Below are positions 1 to 9,876 of a DNA stretch of 64,000 bases, in pieces. Made by a program: the position numbers and the translations under genes. The notes under the pieces were generated by a model, which worked only from the letters and a program-made list of their open reading frames with translations, ran no database searches and was not told where the DNA came from. The DNA lies in the sequence record PZ452609.1; one strand, written 5' to 3'. Each line of letters begins with the position of its first letter. Position 1 is the stretch's first letter. Source of the DNA: a phage.

Positions 1-777
1 CTCAAAAGTAGGTGCATGGAACTCTTCATTGTTCATCAGTTCATAAACCTGTTTCATATGGTTCTGATAAATCTGAGTATCTCCAAAGACACCTATCAAG
101 TACCGTGGAGTGTATCCAGTCATCTTACAAAGAACTTCTAAGATGAAACCATAAGACGCAATATTAAACGGAAGTCCTAAAAAGGTGTCTACTGAACGTT
201 GATACCACTGTAAGTCAACTTCACCCTCATTAGTGATATAAATCTGAAACAGAACATGACAAGGTGCTAAAGCCATTGAGTTTGCTGCAATATCTGCTGC
301 ATTCCAAGCATTAACAAGCATGTAACGGTCTGTGATATCACCCTTCATCTTCGTTACTAAGGCCTCTAGCTGGTCTACAACACAACCATTATGACCTTCA
401 AAGTTTCTCCACTGAACCCCATAGATTCTCCCACCTGCATCTTCTAACCAATCTTGTTCAGAAGAATAATTAGAACTTAACCAGCGTTTAAAATCATCTG
501 ACCAGATAGTCCAGCGTTCCCCATCATTTTCACCCCAAGTGCGATAACGGAGTTCACCAAGTTTATTCTCACCGTTCAGGAACCATAGAGCTTCCCCAAT
601 AACTTGCCGTGTAAACACCTGTTTAGATGTTAAAAGCGGGAAACCAGTTCGCATATCAAAACGAAACTTAGGTGGAGCAAATGCAGAGATAACATCTCCA
701 GTTCGTGTAGTACGCAGTTCACCGACTGATAAAACATGGTTCAGGATATTTTTATAACTTGAATCTGCTTGTGACAT
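1..777 (-). CDS. td: thymidylate synthase; truncated at window edge (C-terminal part missing)
   Basis: Minus-strand ORF starts MSQADSSYKNIL..., contains the ..MALAPCHVLFQ.. active-site Cys motif; runs off position 1. Confidence 0.85.
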   Translation of the reverse strand, partial: MSQADSSYKNILNHVLSVGELRTTRTGDVISAFAPPKFRFDMRTGFPLLTSKQVFTRQVIGEALWFLNGENKLGELRYRTWGENDGERWTIWSDDFKRWLSSNYSSEQDWLEDAGGRIYGVQWRNFEGHNGCVVDQLEALVTKMKGDITDRYMLVNAWNAADIAANSMALAPCHVLFQIYITNEGEVDLQWYQRSVDTFLGLPFNIASYGFILEVLCKMTGYTPRYLIGVFGDTQIYQNHMKQVYELMNNEEFHAPTFE

Positions 778-778
778 A

Positions 779-1324
779 TCAAAAGTGTCCTTTTACTTGT
801 GGAACATAAATCTCAAAGGTTGCTTTACCATCATCTGAGGGTCTTGACTGCACCTTTGCAAACACACGGCTATCATACAGTTTATCGAAGAAGTTTTCAA
901 AAGGTAAATACACAGTGGCCTCTTCAGTAACTTTATGGAAAACTGTATGGAAAACTACACCAGCATACGGCAAAGCATCGACAAGAACACCTGCACCACC
1001 AATTACAAAGACATCTTCATCAATAGAGCTATCAAGATACTTCAAAAATGCTCCAAAGGATTCTTTACTAGCCTTAGCATACATTACATCATCTTTGTCA
1101 AAGTCTATACCCAAATATGGAACAGAGTTCGTTAAGACGAGGTTTGTACGTTCTGGTAATGGTTTACTACCCAGAGTCTTAAAAGTTTCATTACCCATGA
1201 CTACCAAGTTGCCTTTAGTGAGTCTCTTAAACTCTTGCATATCCTGTTTATGTCGAGGCCACGGCATACCAGTTGGAGTACCGAACTCCCCATGTTCACC
1301 ACTTGCAAAGATTAATTTAATCAT
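779..1324 (-). CDS. frd: dihydrofolate reductase
   Basis: 181 aa; MIKLIFA..GMPWPRHKQDMQEF..VVMGNETFKTL DHFR-like pattern; directly upstream of td. Confidence 0.8.
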   Translation of the reverse strand: MIKLIFASGEHGEFGTPTGMPWPRHKQDMQEFKRLTKGNLVVMGNETFKTLGSKPLPERTNLVLTNSVPYLGIDFDKDDVMYAKASKESFGAFLKYLDSSIDEDVFVIGGAGVLVDALPYAGVVFHTVFHKVTEEATVYLPFENFFDKLYDSRVFAKVQSRPSDDGKATFEIYVPQVKGHF

Positions 1325-1581
1325 TTTGTAAATCCTTTCTTAATGAACCAGTTGATAACATTCTTCACAGCTTTATTGCTATGGTATATTAAGTGTGGTG
1401 TAGGTTGGTATGAACCATAAGCCCAGAAAGCAATGATTTCATTACACTCTGTACACCTTGTACTCTCTTCAGCGATATGACCGTTGACTATTTCACTTAC
1501 CTCGCCTTGCAAGTCTGTACACCCACAATGTGGACATCGGATAGGTGTTCCATCAGACTCATAGCAGTGTTCAATTTTCAT
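1321..1581 (-). CDS. small Cys-rich zinc-ribbon protein
   Basis: 86 aa, CPHCGC..CTEC motifs. Confidence 0.45.
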   Translation of the reverse strand: MKIEHCYESDGTPIRCPHCGCTDLQGEVSEIVNGHIAEESTRCTECNEIIAFWAYGSYQPTPHLIYHSNKAVKNVINWFIKKGFTK

Positions 1582-2097
1582 CTATTTAACCTCAAAAACT
1601 GGTTCAAGAACCAATATAAAGTCTACACAGTCATCTTCTTCATCCAGAATACCATCAAAGTTCTTAGGAACGAAGTCGAAGAGGCTCATCACAAAACAGT
1701 CAGAAGTAACCTTTATAGTTCCTCCCATGTTCTCTACAGTTAACACTGTACGACTTTCTTTTACCTCCCTCAGAAGATTACTCACAAAGTCATCTAAGAA
1801 GTACTTCATCAGTGACTTGAAACCTTTAGGGTAATCTGTACCAGAGTATGTTTCAATCTGAGGGACAAGCTTAACATTTATGCTAGTCTTTGTTAAGAAT
1901 GCACTAGAGAACATACTGTCAGGTAGTTTACAAACAATCTTTCCAGTACCTTCATGTTCAATCTCAACAAAACCAGCTTCATCGCCACATGTAACTATTT
2001 TAAAAGATGCTTCATTCTCATACTGTGAAGCCATAAACTTTTTAAGCATTTCTTTAAGGAAATCTGCATGAGCATCTTGTAAGTAGATATCAATCAT
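1582..2097 (-). CDS. hypothetical protein
   Basis: 171-aa ORF tightly packed with neighbours. Confidence 0.45.
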   Translation of the reverse strand: MIDIYLQDAHADFLKEMLKKFMASQYENEASFKIVTCGDEAGFVEIEHEGTGKIVCKLPDSMFSSAFLTKTSINVKLVPQIETYSGTDYPKGFKSLMKYFLDDFVSNLLREVKESRTVLTVENMGGTIKVTSDCFVMSLFDFVPKNFDGILDEEDDCVDFILVLEPVFEVK

Positions 2098-2110
2098 AGT
2101 TAATCACCTA

Positions 2111-2470
2111 TTAAGGGAACAAACACTTAATGTCATCGTTTTTGAAAACGAAACTTGTGTAGTTGTGACCGTCAACATCCAGCCAAACAGCCTGAACATC
2201 TACACCATCAAGATTTTGGTAAAGCTCTTTGATGAAGTGGTCTTTTACAATCTGACTGCTAGTTGTTTCCAGCTTAATGTTCGAGATTGCTGAACCTACA
2301 GCCATGTAGCCCATGACACGTTTCTTCTCAGTGTGCTTAATCTTACCATCTTTGTAAGCCATAATGAGATTGGAAAGAATTTTTACACCGTAGTACTTTT
2401 CAAGGTGAGTAGGTGCACCATAAAAGCCTAATGCGAAGTTTTCAGAGTGGATAATGTTTTCACGTTTCAT
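2111..2470 (-). CDS. hypothetical protein
   Basis: 119-aa ORF. Confidence 0.4.
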   Translation of the reverse strand: MKRENIIHSENFALGFYGAPTHLEKYYGVKILSNLIMAYKDGKIKHTEKKRVMGYMAVGSAISNIKLETTSSQIVKDHFIKELYQNLDGVDVQAVWLDVDGHNYTSFVFKNDDIKCLFP

Positions 2471-2471
2471 A

Positions 2472-2801
2472 TTAATCTGCCAACCTTAAATTGAAATTAA
2501 CACCAAATTTTTCACACACTTCCAACATATACTCAAGAGAGACATTCCCAGTGAGGTGGATTATGTTGGATACACGAGCTTGAGAGATACCACAAATTTT
2601 AGCGACTTGTTCTTGAGAAAGACCTCTGGATTTAATCTCTCTCTTAAAACGATGTGCAACGAAGTCTCTCATTTCGTCTACATCCATTGGACAAATATAA
2701 CTCTCCATTTCAGCCTCTCTATCAGCCTCCCAATCATCTTGTGGAGCATAAGGGTCAAAAACCTCATTCATCTTTCTTCTTCCGTTTACGTGAAGTATCA
2801 A
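2472..2801 (-). CDS. helix-turn-helix DNA-binding protein
   Basis: LSQEQVAKICGISQARVSNI resembles an XRE-type HTH; start may be an internal Met. Confidence 0.45.
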   Translation of the reverse strand: MILHVNGRRKMNEVFDPYAPQDDWEADREAEMESYICPMDVDEMRDFVAHRFKREIKSRGLSQEQVAKICGISQARVSNIIHLTGNVSLEYMLEVCEKFGVNFNLRLAD

Positions 2802-2976
2802 TTAATGAGTCTATGTTTGTAGCTCTGACCTTTTCACGTTCATCATTAAGATAATCATCAAGAGCCTTTTCAATCTGTGAATCATCTTGACAGATGACTG
2901 TAAAGACTGTAAAGCCGTCTGTATCGTCAATTATCTTACCATAACCGCTTCTGGGATGTAACTTTTTAAGAGCCAT
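2764..2976 (-). CDS. hypothetical small protein
   Basis: 70-aa ORF overlapping the 5' end of the HTH ORF. Confidence 0.3.
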   Translation of the reverse strand: MALKKLHPRSGYGKIIDDTDGFTVFTVICQDDSQIEKALDDYLNDEREKVRATNIDSLIDTSRKRKKKDE

Positions 2977-2977
2977 A

Positions 2978-3361
2978 TCAAATACCTGTGCAGCTTCTGT
3001 TTTCTAAGAAATACTCAACACCATACATAGCTTTTTGCATCAAATCTTCTTTAAACTGGATACGGTGGTTGAGCATCGCCTGTACATCAATATCATCATG
3101 GTGCTTCTCTTTAATATTTGCAGATTGCAGGAAATACTCTGCAAGAACGCGATATTGATAGTCAGTCACCTTATCAGTCATCTCTGTCAAAGACTCTTCA
3201 GAAATTGGTTTTAGTAGCTCACCATTAGCTAGAGCAACACCTTTTACAATCTGACAAGTATCCTCTGGGACACCTGATAAGTTCACATTTGGCAGTTCTG
3301 TTGCATTGACTGGTAAATTCATTGCCATAACCATTGCAGCAGCTAATAAAATCTTTTTCAT
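2978..3361 (-). CDS. secreted/periplasmic protein
   Basis: N-terminal signal-peptide-like MKKILLAAAMVMAMNLPVNA. Confidence 0.45.
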   Translation of the reverse strand: MKKILLAAAMVMAMNLPVNATELPNVNLSGVPEDTCQIVKGVALANGELLKPISEESLTEMTDKVTDYQYRVLAEYFLQSANIKEKHHDDIDVQAMLNHRIQFKEDLMQKAMYGVEYFLENRSCTGI

Positions 3362-3469
3362 AATGACCTCAAAGTTATATTAAATTTTGTATTACATTGA
3401 GTATAAAAATAAGCTATAACACCTGACTTGTCAACAGATTTTATAGCTTATTTGGCAGATTTTTTATAA

Positions 3470-3720
3470 GGCTACTGCCATCCTTCCATACCAAACCCGA
3501 CCTTACCTCACCTTATCTTACCTTACCCCACCCTACCAGACCTCATTAAAAGACCCTCTTCAAAGACCTTTTAAAAAGGTAAGTCTCATTTTAATGTAGC
3601 TGAGACTAACTACCCATACTGTACCGCACCTGACCCGACCTGACCAGACCTAACATTACCGTGCCACACCGTACCGAACAGAACACTGCCATACCTCACA
3701 TCACTTAAAAACCCTCTTAG
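3470..3720. repeat. strand-biased C/A-rich degenerate repeat tract (ccttacc/cctgacc/ccgtacc units)
   Basis: Noncoding region between the ligase stop and the upstream minus-strand gene; almost no G on the plus strand. Confidence 0.55.
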
Positions 3721-3952
3721 AAGACTCTTAAGTGATGCTGGTGAGTACCCGTTGGTTTATGCTGCTCAGTATACTCACCAAATTTTCTATGTCAACAACT
3801 TTTTATATAAAAGTCCTGATAGCTATATGTGTTACAAAACAGAATATTGTGAACAAAACACCCATTGCAAAAGATGTGTCCAAAAGCTTACTTGCAATGT
3901 ATGACAATACAAAGACAACCAGTATAAACAGAATGACTGTACTGAACATAGT

Positions 3953-5053
3953 TTACTCATAATCCCTAATAACTAGCCCTACAGGAAACTGTAAAGAACC
4001 CTTACGAGTCATCTTCTGGAACTGAACCGTTAAAGGTTTCCCGATAAACTCATCAGGATGCTCAGCAAGGTACTGTTTCTTCTCATGAGTAGTCTTCCAT
4101 GAGACATCTACAAAGACGTTAGGAAGAGTCTCTACAACGAACTTACCATGACCACGTTTATCAGTCTTTACACCAGTCACTTTAAACTCTTCAGTGTGCA
4201 TCTTCTTGTGCTTAATCAAGAAGTATGAACGGTGACAACACTCATAGAAGGAGTCTTCAGAGATTGAACGGTACATTGCACCTTCAAACTTAACTTCAAC
4301 CCACTTATCATGAGCTTCATCAAATTCTTCCCAAGAGTTTACACGACGAGACTTAACAGGGACAACTTTACAGCCATCTCCCAAGTCATTCAATGGTGAA
4401 GTCTCAATAATATCCCTACGTTCAGGCCACGTCTTAGTGCTATCACAGATGTCATACCAGTAAAACTTAAGAAGATGTCTGTCTGGGTTGTCTTCATTTT
4501 TAATCATGGAGACAATATCTTCTAAGTCCCACCCATGAGCATAAACCTCCCCGTCAAACTCATCAACGTCTGCATGGAGTCTTAACATAGTCATAATGTC
4601 AGGTGTTAGCTCAGTAGGTATTTTATAAACAGTATTCTCACGAGAATAAGCCGTGAAACTAACTGAATCATCACCTCTTGAAATTCTACAACGGACACCA
4701 TCAAGTTTTGGTTGAGCATCAGCAGGGAACTTCAGATACTTTGCATGGCTAACCTTTGCAGCATCATGAGCAAGCTGTACACCTACCTTCTCAGTATTCT
4801 GTGCAGACTCTTTTGTGTAAGCGTAACCTTTACGGTCTACTTGTTTCTTATACTTAGCAGAAACTTCAAAGAGAGCTTGCTGTTCAGCGTTACGCTCATT
4901 CTTTTTACCGATGTTCTTAGGCTCTGCTGTGTACTCTTCAAACATCATCTTGCCATTTTCTTTACCATAGGTTGTGATAACTTTGTCACCTACAGCAACA
5001 CATGACCAGACGTTGAAGGAACCATCTTTATTTTGTTTGTACAGAATTGTCAT
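3953..5053 (-). CDS. ATP-dependent DNA ligase
   Basis: KLDGVR adenylation motif; start moved to MTILYKQ with GAGG RBS upstream. Confidence 0.8.
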   Translation of the reverse strand: MTILYKQNKDGSFNVWSCVAVGDKVITTYGKENGKMMFEEYTAEPKNIGKKNERNAEQQALFEVSAKYKKQVDRKGYAYTKESAQNTEKVGVQLAHDAAKVSHAKYLKFPADAQPKLDGVRCRISRGDDSVSFTAYSRENTVYKIPTELTPDIMTMLRLHADVDEFDGEVYAHGWDLEDIVSMIKNEDNPDRHLLKFYWYDICDSTKTWPERRDIIETSPLNDLGDGCKVVPVKSRRVNSWEEFDEAHDKWVEVKFEGAMYRSISEDSFYECCHRSYFLIKHKKMHTEEFKVTGVKTDKRGHGKFVVETLPNVFVDVSWKTTHEKKQYLAEHPDEFIGKPLTVQFQKMTRKGSLQFPVGLVIRDYE

Positions 5054-5258
5054 TTTTAACCTCTGAGTGATACCAAGTGTCACAAGCATTACATGCGTAA
5101 AGCTCTAAGTCATTTTTATCTGGTTTATGGAAACAGTTTGACCCACAACGACACCGGAATAACTTACCATCAACACGAAGAATGAATGTTTCAAGCTCAC
5201 CCTCTTCTGTAAGGACGGCGTTATTATATTTGTTATCTTTATCCATTTGTACTCTCAC
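5028..5258 (-). CDS. small zinc-ribbon protein
   Basis: 76 aa, CRCGSNC..CNACD. Confidence 0.35.
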   Translation of the reverse strand: MRVQMDKDNKYNNAVLTEEGELETFILRVDGKLFRCRCGSNCFHKPDKNDLELYACNACDTWYHSEVKNDNSVQTK

Positions 5259-5402
5259 CTGTGTCAGATTTCATATAAGACCTGTCGCTAAACCTTTTAA
5301 TGAAATGTACAACGCATTTCGGTGTATCTTTTGCATCTTTGATGTGCAACCTTTCGAAACTGCGCACTGTGAAGGTTGCATCTGTCATTGTTTGCTTAGG
5401 TT

Positions 5403-5609
5403 TCATTTTCTCTTACCACCAATCTCTACGTCGATAACTTGAACATCACCAGCAACATCAAACTTATGAATGATGCTCTCAACAGTATAAGTCCAACCAT
5501 CAATGCGAACCAACTCACCTTCTCGTGGGACGATTGGATTACGTTGAGCTATGGTTGTAGTGGAGTGAACAACATCATAACGATAGGTATAGTTTACTAA
5601 TACTTCCAT
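5403..5609 (-). CDS. hypothetical protein
   Basis: Start moved to MEVLVNYT, which has a GAGG RBS. Confidence 0.35.
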   Translation of the reverse strand: MEVLVNYTYRYDVVHSTTTIAQRNPIVPREGELVRIDGWTYTVESIIHKFDVAGDVQVIDVEIGGKRK

Positions 5610-5619
5610 CGTGAAAACC

Positions 5620-5877
5620 TCACTCAATAACCGTAGTATGTGATTGACCATTTTTGCCATAGCTATAAGATGTTGTTGTTTGAGAGTTTGGGCATCTGAC
5701 AACAACAATATCTCTGCTTATAGCATCACCATTGAGTTTGTAGATTTTGCAGTCTTGCATCTCTGGAGGGAGGCTGTAAGAAGCATCTTTGTTTTCATAA
5801 GATGGGTTGCAGCCAGCCAGAAAAATTACTCCAAGTGCAACCATTGCTTTCACACAACTCTTAACCTTATTGTTCAC
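5620..5877 (-). CDS. putative lipoprotein
   Basis: Lipobox-like ..FLAGC.. after a hydrophobic N-terminus; GTG start with GAGAGG RBS. Confidence 0.45.
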   Translation of the reverse strand: MNNKVKSCVKAMVALGVIFLAGCNPSYENKDASYSLPPEMQDCKIYKLNGDAISRDIVVVRCPNSQTTTSYSYGKNGQSHTTVIE

Positions 5878-6009
5878 GATAGTCTACCTCTCTGTATGTT
5901 TTTAAATAGTGAGTGATGAGTTCTGGTAAGTCACTACGTTTAACGTTTGAACGAAGAAGTGTCCAGTCAAAACCTTTACCAACCCTTCCCCAGAGACTGT
6001 ACATTTTCT

Positions 6010-6243
6010 TCATAGCAACTCCAGAATATCAATACGTTCGCCTTTGAGTACTCCAGTACGGTCTTTTGCAATCTTACCGTCAACGATAAGGATGTGTGTA
6101 GACCTTAAAGCGTCGTTGTTAAAGGTTTTTACGAACTTGCTAGGCATGACTACAATGGACATCTCCTGAATTAACTCTGGAGTGTAGCAGTTATCATGAA
6201 GTTGCTGAATAACGTCTGCAAGTGTCATTTTTGATGTCTCCAA
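6010..6243 (-). CDS. hypothetical protein
   Basis: 77-aa ORF. Confidence 0.35.
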   Translation of the reverse strand: METSKMTLADVIQQLHDNCYTPELIQEMSIVVMPSKFVKTFNNDALRSTHILIVDGKIAKDRTGVLKGERIDILELL

Positions 6244-6434
6244 TATTCAATATCTACAAGTTCTTGTGCAATGCTTTTAAGGTTACTTTTAAGGAAAACT
6301 TTCTCACCACCAGACAGGGAAGTGTTATCAATGAGTCTACTCATTCTCTCAAACAACTTCTGCTTACGGTTCTTGATAGTTTCCTTTGAAGCACCTTTCA
6401 TCATCGCTGCGTGGGTTCTTCCACGATGGCTCAT
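6225..6434 (-). CDS. hypothetical protein
   Basis: 69-aa ORF. Confidence 0.3.
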   Translation of the reverse strand: MSHRGRTHAAMMKGASKETIKNRKQKLFERMSRLIDNTSLSGGEKVFLKSNLKSIAQELVDIEYWRHQK

Positions 6435-6495
6435 AAGCCCTCCTATATAAGATATAGTATAAGGTACTCTTCCATGAGAACCTTGTCAATACTAA

Positions 6496-9195
6496 TTAGT
6501 GAACCTCAAGCCAGCTTTTACCAACCTTACCAGTACCTGTAACAAGTGTTTCTTTCTTAAGACCTAAGTTTTTAGAAGCTTGTCCATAATACCAGTCAGT
6601 AACTGCTTTCACTTCTGCCGTCATACTTTCTGGACATTCCCAACTTGTTTCATCGTGATATGCGCAGAGCAAACGAGCACCAATAGCTGGTTGACGACCA
6701 TTCAATTTCATCAAACCTTCGTCAATCATACGACGACAAGCAAGGTTGATTGCCTCATTTTGAATCTGAGCCTCTGAACCCATCAAAAGGTAGTTCAACA
6801 GTTTGTGTGGAGATTTACACCACAACCAAGCTCCAGCAACCTTTACGAAGCCCCCTTTAGAGATTGCAGCGGTCTTACCAAACACCTCTTCAAGTGCCTT
6901 CTTAGTTGCTTTGTAGTCAGCTTCCAAGTTATCTAATAGTTTCTTAATCTTTGGCAAACGCACAAAGTAAGTCTGTTTAGTTAATGCACCTTCCTGAGTA
7001 GTGGCTGCCTTAATAGTTTTAGCAAACTTTTCATCACCTGCACCGAACAGTAGTGCATAGATACCATTCTTAGCTTTCTTACGACCTTTGCTAATCTCAT
7101 GAAGAAGATTCTCATCCTGAGTAGCTCGACAAGTCAAGATATCCTGCTCATCATTCAAGCTAAAGTAAATACTGTTCAGTGTATGTGCATCAGTCCCTGA
7201 ATAGACAACGTACAGGTCATTCTCAGAGTCATAGCGAAGGTACTTATCAATTTCTGGGTTTAGGTACTCATCAAAATGTTTGCAGTAATAGCGTCCATCT
7301 TCTTGACGAATAAACTCAATCTCTTCTTTACCTTGCGTTACCGCTTTGGTGAAGTCTTTGTCACCCATAAAGTTACAAAGGAGAACTAGCTGGGCTGAGT
7401 TCATGTCTACAGAGACAACATTAGTACCTTCTTCACAAATCCACACTGCCCTCATTGGTTCCCCATAGACAGCCGCACCAGACGGTACGTTTACAATACC
7501 ATATTGTGTCATACGTCCAGTTGAAGTACCAAATACCATTGCACCAGCACTAAGGCGACCATCTGGACGAATCTGGTTCAGCCAACCTTTCTCGTCATCC
7601 TTTGAGTTCTCAATAGTTCTGCGTCTGTGCATCAAAGTGTAGTACTTAGCAATCTTCTGTCCAAGCTCACCTTCAATCGTATCATAAGATGATTCAGTAA
7701 GTTTTGGTGAAGTACGGATTAAGCAAGGCTCAAGCAAATCTGTGTATTTCTTCACAGACCAGTTATGCTCAATGTACTGTACACCTTCATGCTCAACATA
7801 GCTCAAACCACACCGCTCAACCATTTCCTGCCACTTAGGATGCTTTGTAATCATCTTTTTATTGTCTTTGAAACGACAAACTTTGACAGGGCGACCATCT
7901 GAGTCTTTCTTGTAGTTCCAGTCATCTGGAATCCAACCAACTGATTTCAAGTAGTCTTTAACAACTGCTACCTGAGTCATACGAGAAACTTCAAACTCAA
8001 TTGGTGTATATGGTGCATCAATCAAACCTGTGTAGCGACTCGACTCAAGCTCAAAGTGGTTAACAACGTGGCTATTATAGTACTTCACAGTTTTGACTGT
8101 TTTTACTGGCTTCCAGTCTTTGCATTTCTTACCAATCTTTGCGTTCAACTCATTGCAAATTGCACGAGCATCCTTCATTGCTACAAAGCCTTCCTTGTAC
8201 TCTTCACCAGTTACAGAGTTGGTTGGTGTATAGCAATTTCTCTTTTCAATGTTAAAAATCTTTGTAGTTGGCTTACCAAATGGCTTGATTTCGTATGTCT
8301 GCATCTCACCGTTACGTACCTGTTGACGATACTTTGTTTTAGGGTACTTGGTAATTCTCTTCAGTCCATCTGCATGACCGAATGTTTCAACATACTCATT
8401 CCAAGCTTTTGCAAACTCTTCTCCAGTGACTTTACCTTTGGTCTTAATAGTTGGAGGTAGATGTGGTTCAACCTCTGAAGCAAGTTCATTAGTCAATTTG
8501 TCAAGCTCCTTTACATGGAACTCCATAAGCTCTTTATCAGCTTTCCAACCATTGATAGCCTGTTGGCTCATCCAGAAAGATGTCTCTTTAGCTCGCATGT
8601 AAGTTTCATAAGTGTCTATACCACACTTCTTAAGCTTGAGATACTCGTTATCAAGTGCCCGTTTAGTTTTGGCGTTAATACGGATATCTTCTACAACACG
8701 AGTGAAGATTTCTGCATTCCACACACCCCAATGCTCAATCTCTGGTTTACGAACACCAACACGAGCACCCCATGCAGCCAAACCATGAGCACCTTTATAA
8801 CCCTTTGGAGTTGGTCTATCCATCCACTGAACACGAGACTGGATAAGAGAGTCCTGAAAGAAATTACTCCACGGCTTACATTTTGGATTATCAAAGTTCC
8901 ATAAATCCGGTGCAATGTGATTGAAAACCCACCAGTCATAACCGAGACCATTATGGATACAAAGTCGTTTTGCCTTCAACGCAAACTCAATACCTTCACG
9001 TAATCCACCCTTGATGTACTTAGTGTACTTGTGACCGAGAATAGGCTCATCAGTAAAGACCCATACTGGTGGTTCTTCGTCGTCAGATTTGTAGTCTGCA
9101 AAAGCCATTACGTGAACTTTAGTGAACTCAAGGAGTAAACCATCAGTTTCTGTATCACCAACCAAATGTAAGTTTTTAAAATCTACGTTTTCCAT
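6496..9195 (-). CDS. DNA polymerase, family A (T7/PolI-like) with 3'-5' exonuclease domain
   Basis: Exo motifs GDTETDGL and HNGLGYDW; polymerase motifs K..KNGIYALLFGAG and YHDE; start placed at MENVDFKN with GAGGGA RBS. Confidence 0.85.
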   Translation of the reverse strand: MENVDFKNLHLVGDTETDGLLLEFTKVHVMAFADYKSDDEEPPVWVFTDEPILGHKYTKYIKGGLREGIEFALKAKRLCIHNGLGYDWWVFNHIAPDLWNFDNPKCKPWSNFFQDSLIQSRVQWMDRPTPKGYKGAHGLAAWGARVGVRKPEIEHWGVWNAEIFTRVVEDIRINAKTKRALDNEYLKLKKCGIDTYETYMRAKETSFWMSQQAINGWKADKELMEFHVKELDKLTNELASEVEPHLPPTIKTKGKVTGEEFAKAWNEYVETFGHADGLKRITKYPKTKYRQQVRNGEMQTYEIKPFGKPTTKIFNIEKRNCYTPTNSVTGEEYKEGFVAMKDARAICNELNAKIGKKCKDWKPVKTVKTVKYYNSHVVNHFELESSRYTGLIDAPYTPIEFEVSRMTQVAVVKDYLKSVGWIPDDWNYKKDSDGRPVKVCRFKDNKKMITKHPKWQEMVERCGLSYVEHEGVQYIEHNWSVKKYTDLLEPCLIRTSPKLTESSYDTIEGELGQKIAKYYTLMHRRRTIENSKDDEKGWLNQIRPDGRLSAGAMVFGTSTGRMTQYGIVNVPSGAAVYGEPMRAVWICEEGTNVVSVDMNSAQLVLLCNFMGDKDFTKAVTQGKEEIEFIRQEDGRYYCKHFDEYLNPEIDKYLRYDSENDLYVVYSGTDAHTLNSIYFSLNDEQDILTCRATQDENLLHEISKGRKKAKNGIYALLFGAGDEKFAKTIKAATTQEGALTKQTYFVRLPKIKKLLDNLEADYKATKKALEEVFGKTAAISKGGFVKVAGAWLWCKSPHKLLNYLLMGSEAQIQNEAINLACRRMIDEGLMKLNGRQPAIGARLLCAYHDETSWECPESMTAEVKAVTDWYYGQASKNLGLKKETLVTGTGKVGKSWLEVH

Positions 9196-9254
9196 TTTTA
9201 CTCCCTCTAAAATCATTAACCCCATACATTACTGCAAAAAATTATAAAAAGCAA

Positions 9255-9278
9255 GTTGACAATGTACTTGACAAGGTG
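9255..9278 (+). promoter_or_regulatory. conserved double TTGACA element (copy 1)
   Basis: gttgacaatgtacttgacaaggtg in the divergent region between the polymerase start and the plus-strand block. Confidence 0.5.
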
Positions 9279-9452
9279 TTAATCTTTGCGAAGTGGGTTT
9301 TTACTTAAAAGGTTACTTAACAGTTTAACTATACAGATACTTTAAAACTCTTAAAAGATTATTTAATAGCTTTTAAAAAGCTTTAAAGTATAACGTATAG
9401 AATACGTTAAGATAAAAGATTAAAACTTAATAGTTACTTAAAAGAGGCTTAC

Positions 9453-9875
9453 ATGCAGAAAATGTTTGTTCACCCAGACATAGCTGACTTTGTTAGAGCT
9501 TTGCAGAAGTTGGAAGAACTTGACATTGCTGCTCAACGGGAATATGCTCACCATCACAGGAGAATGGTTGATATACAACATGAAATAGAGTTATCAGAAG
9601 ACTATGAAGATGACTTAAAATGCTCTGTGTTCGAGCATATGAAAGACGTTGCTATAGCTAGACGTAAAGCTAAAGATACAGTTGCTTTACTAGATTCTCT
9701 TAAAAAGAGGTTGCAAAGTGGTACAGACCTGTGTAATCTAGCATCACTGATTAACGATGTTGAAACTTCTTGGGACAGGCATTACTATCCACGTTCTGAA
9801 AAGACACTTGACTTTTCTTCATCTGAAAACTTAAAATGCTCTAGAAAGAAACTTAACCAACTGAGAGAGAAATAA
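9453..9875 (+). CDS. hypothetical protein
   Basis: 140-aa ORF downstream of promoter-like element. Confidence 0.45.
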   Translation: MQKMFVHPDIADFVRALQKLEELDIAAQREYAHHHRRMVDIQHEIELSEDYEDDLKCSVFEHMKDVAIARRKAKDTVALLDSLKKRLQSGTDLCNLASLINDVETSWDRHYYPRSEKTLDFSSSENLKCSRKKLNQLREK

Positions 9876-9876
9876 T

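Noticed and set aside
915-1331. Plus-strand ORFs of 138 and 66 aa antisense to frd
   Set aside because: Fully contained in the well-supported DHFR gene on the opposite strand.
6496-9195. T4-type family B polymerase, expected from the T4-like nucleotide-metabolism genes
   Set aside because: The exonuclease motifs (DTETDGL, HNGxxYD) and the HDE motif are family-A type.
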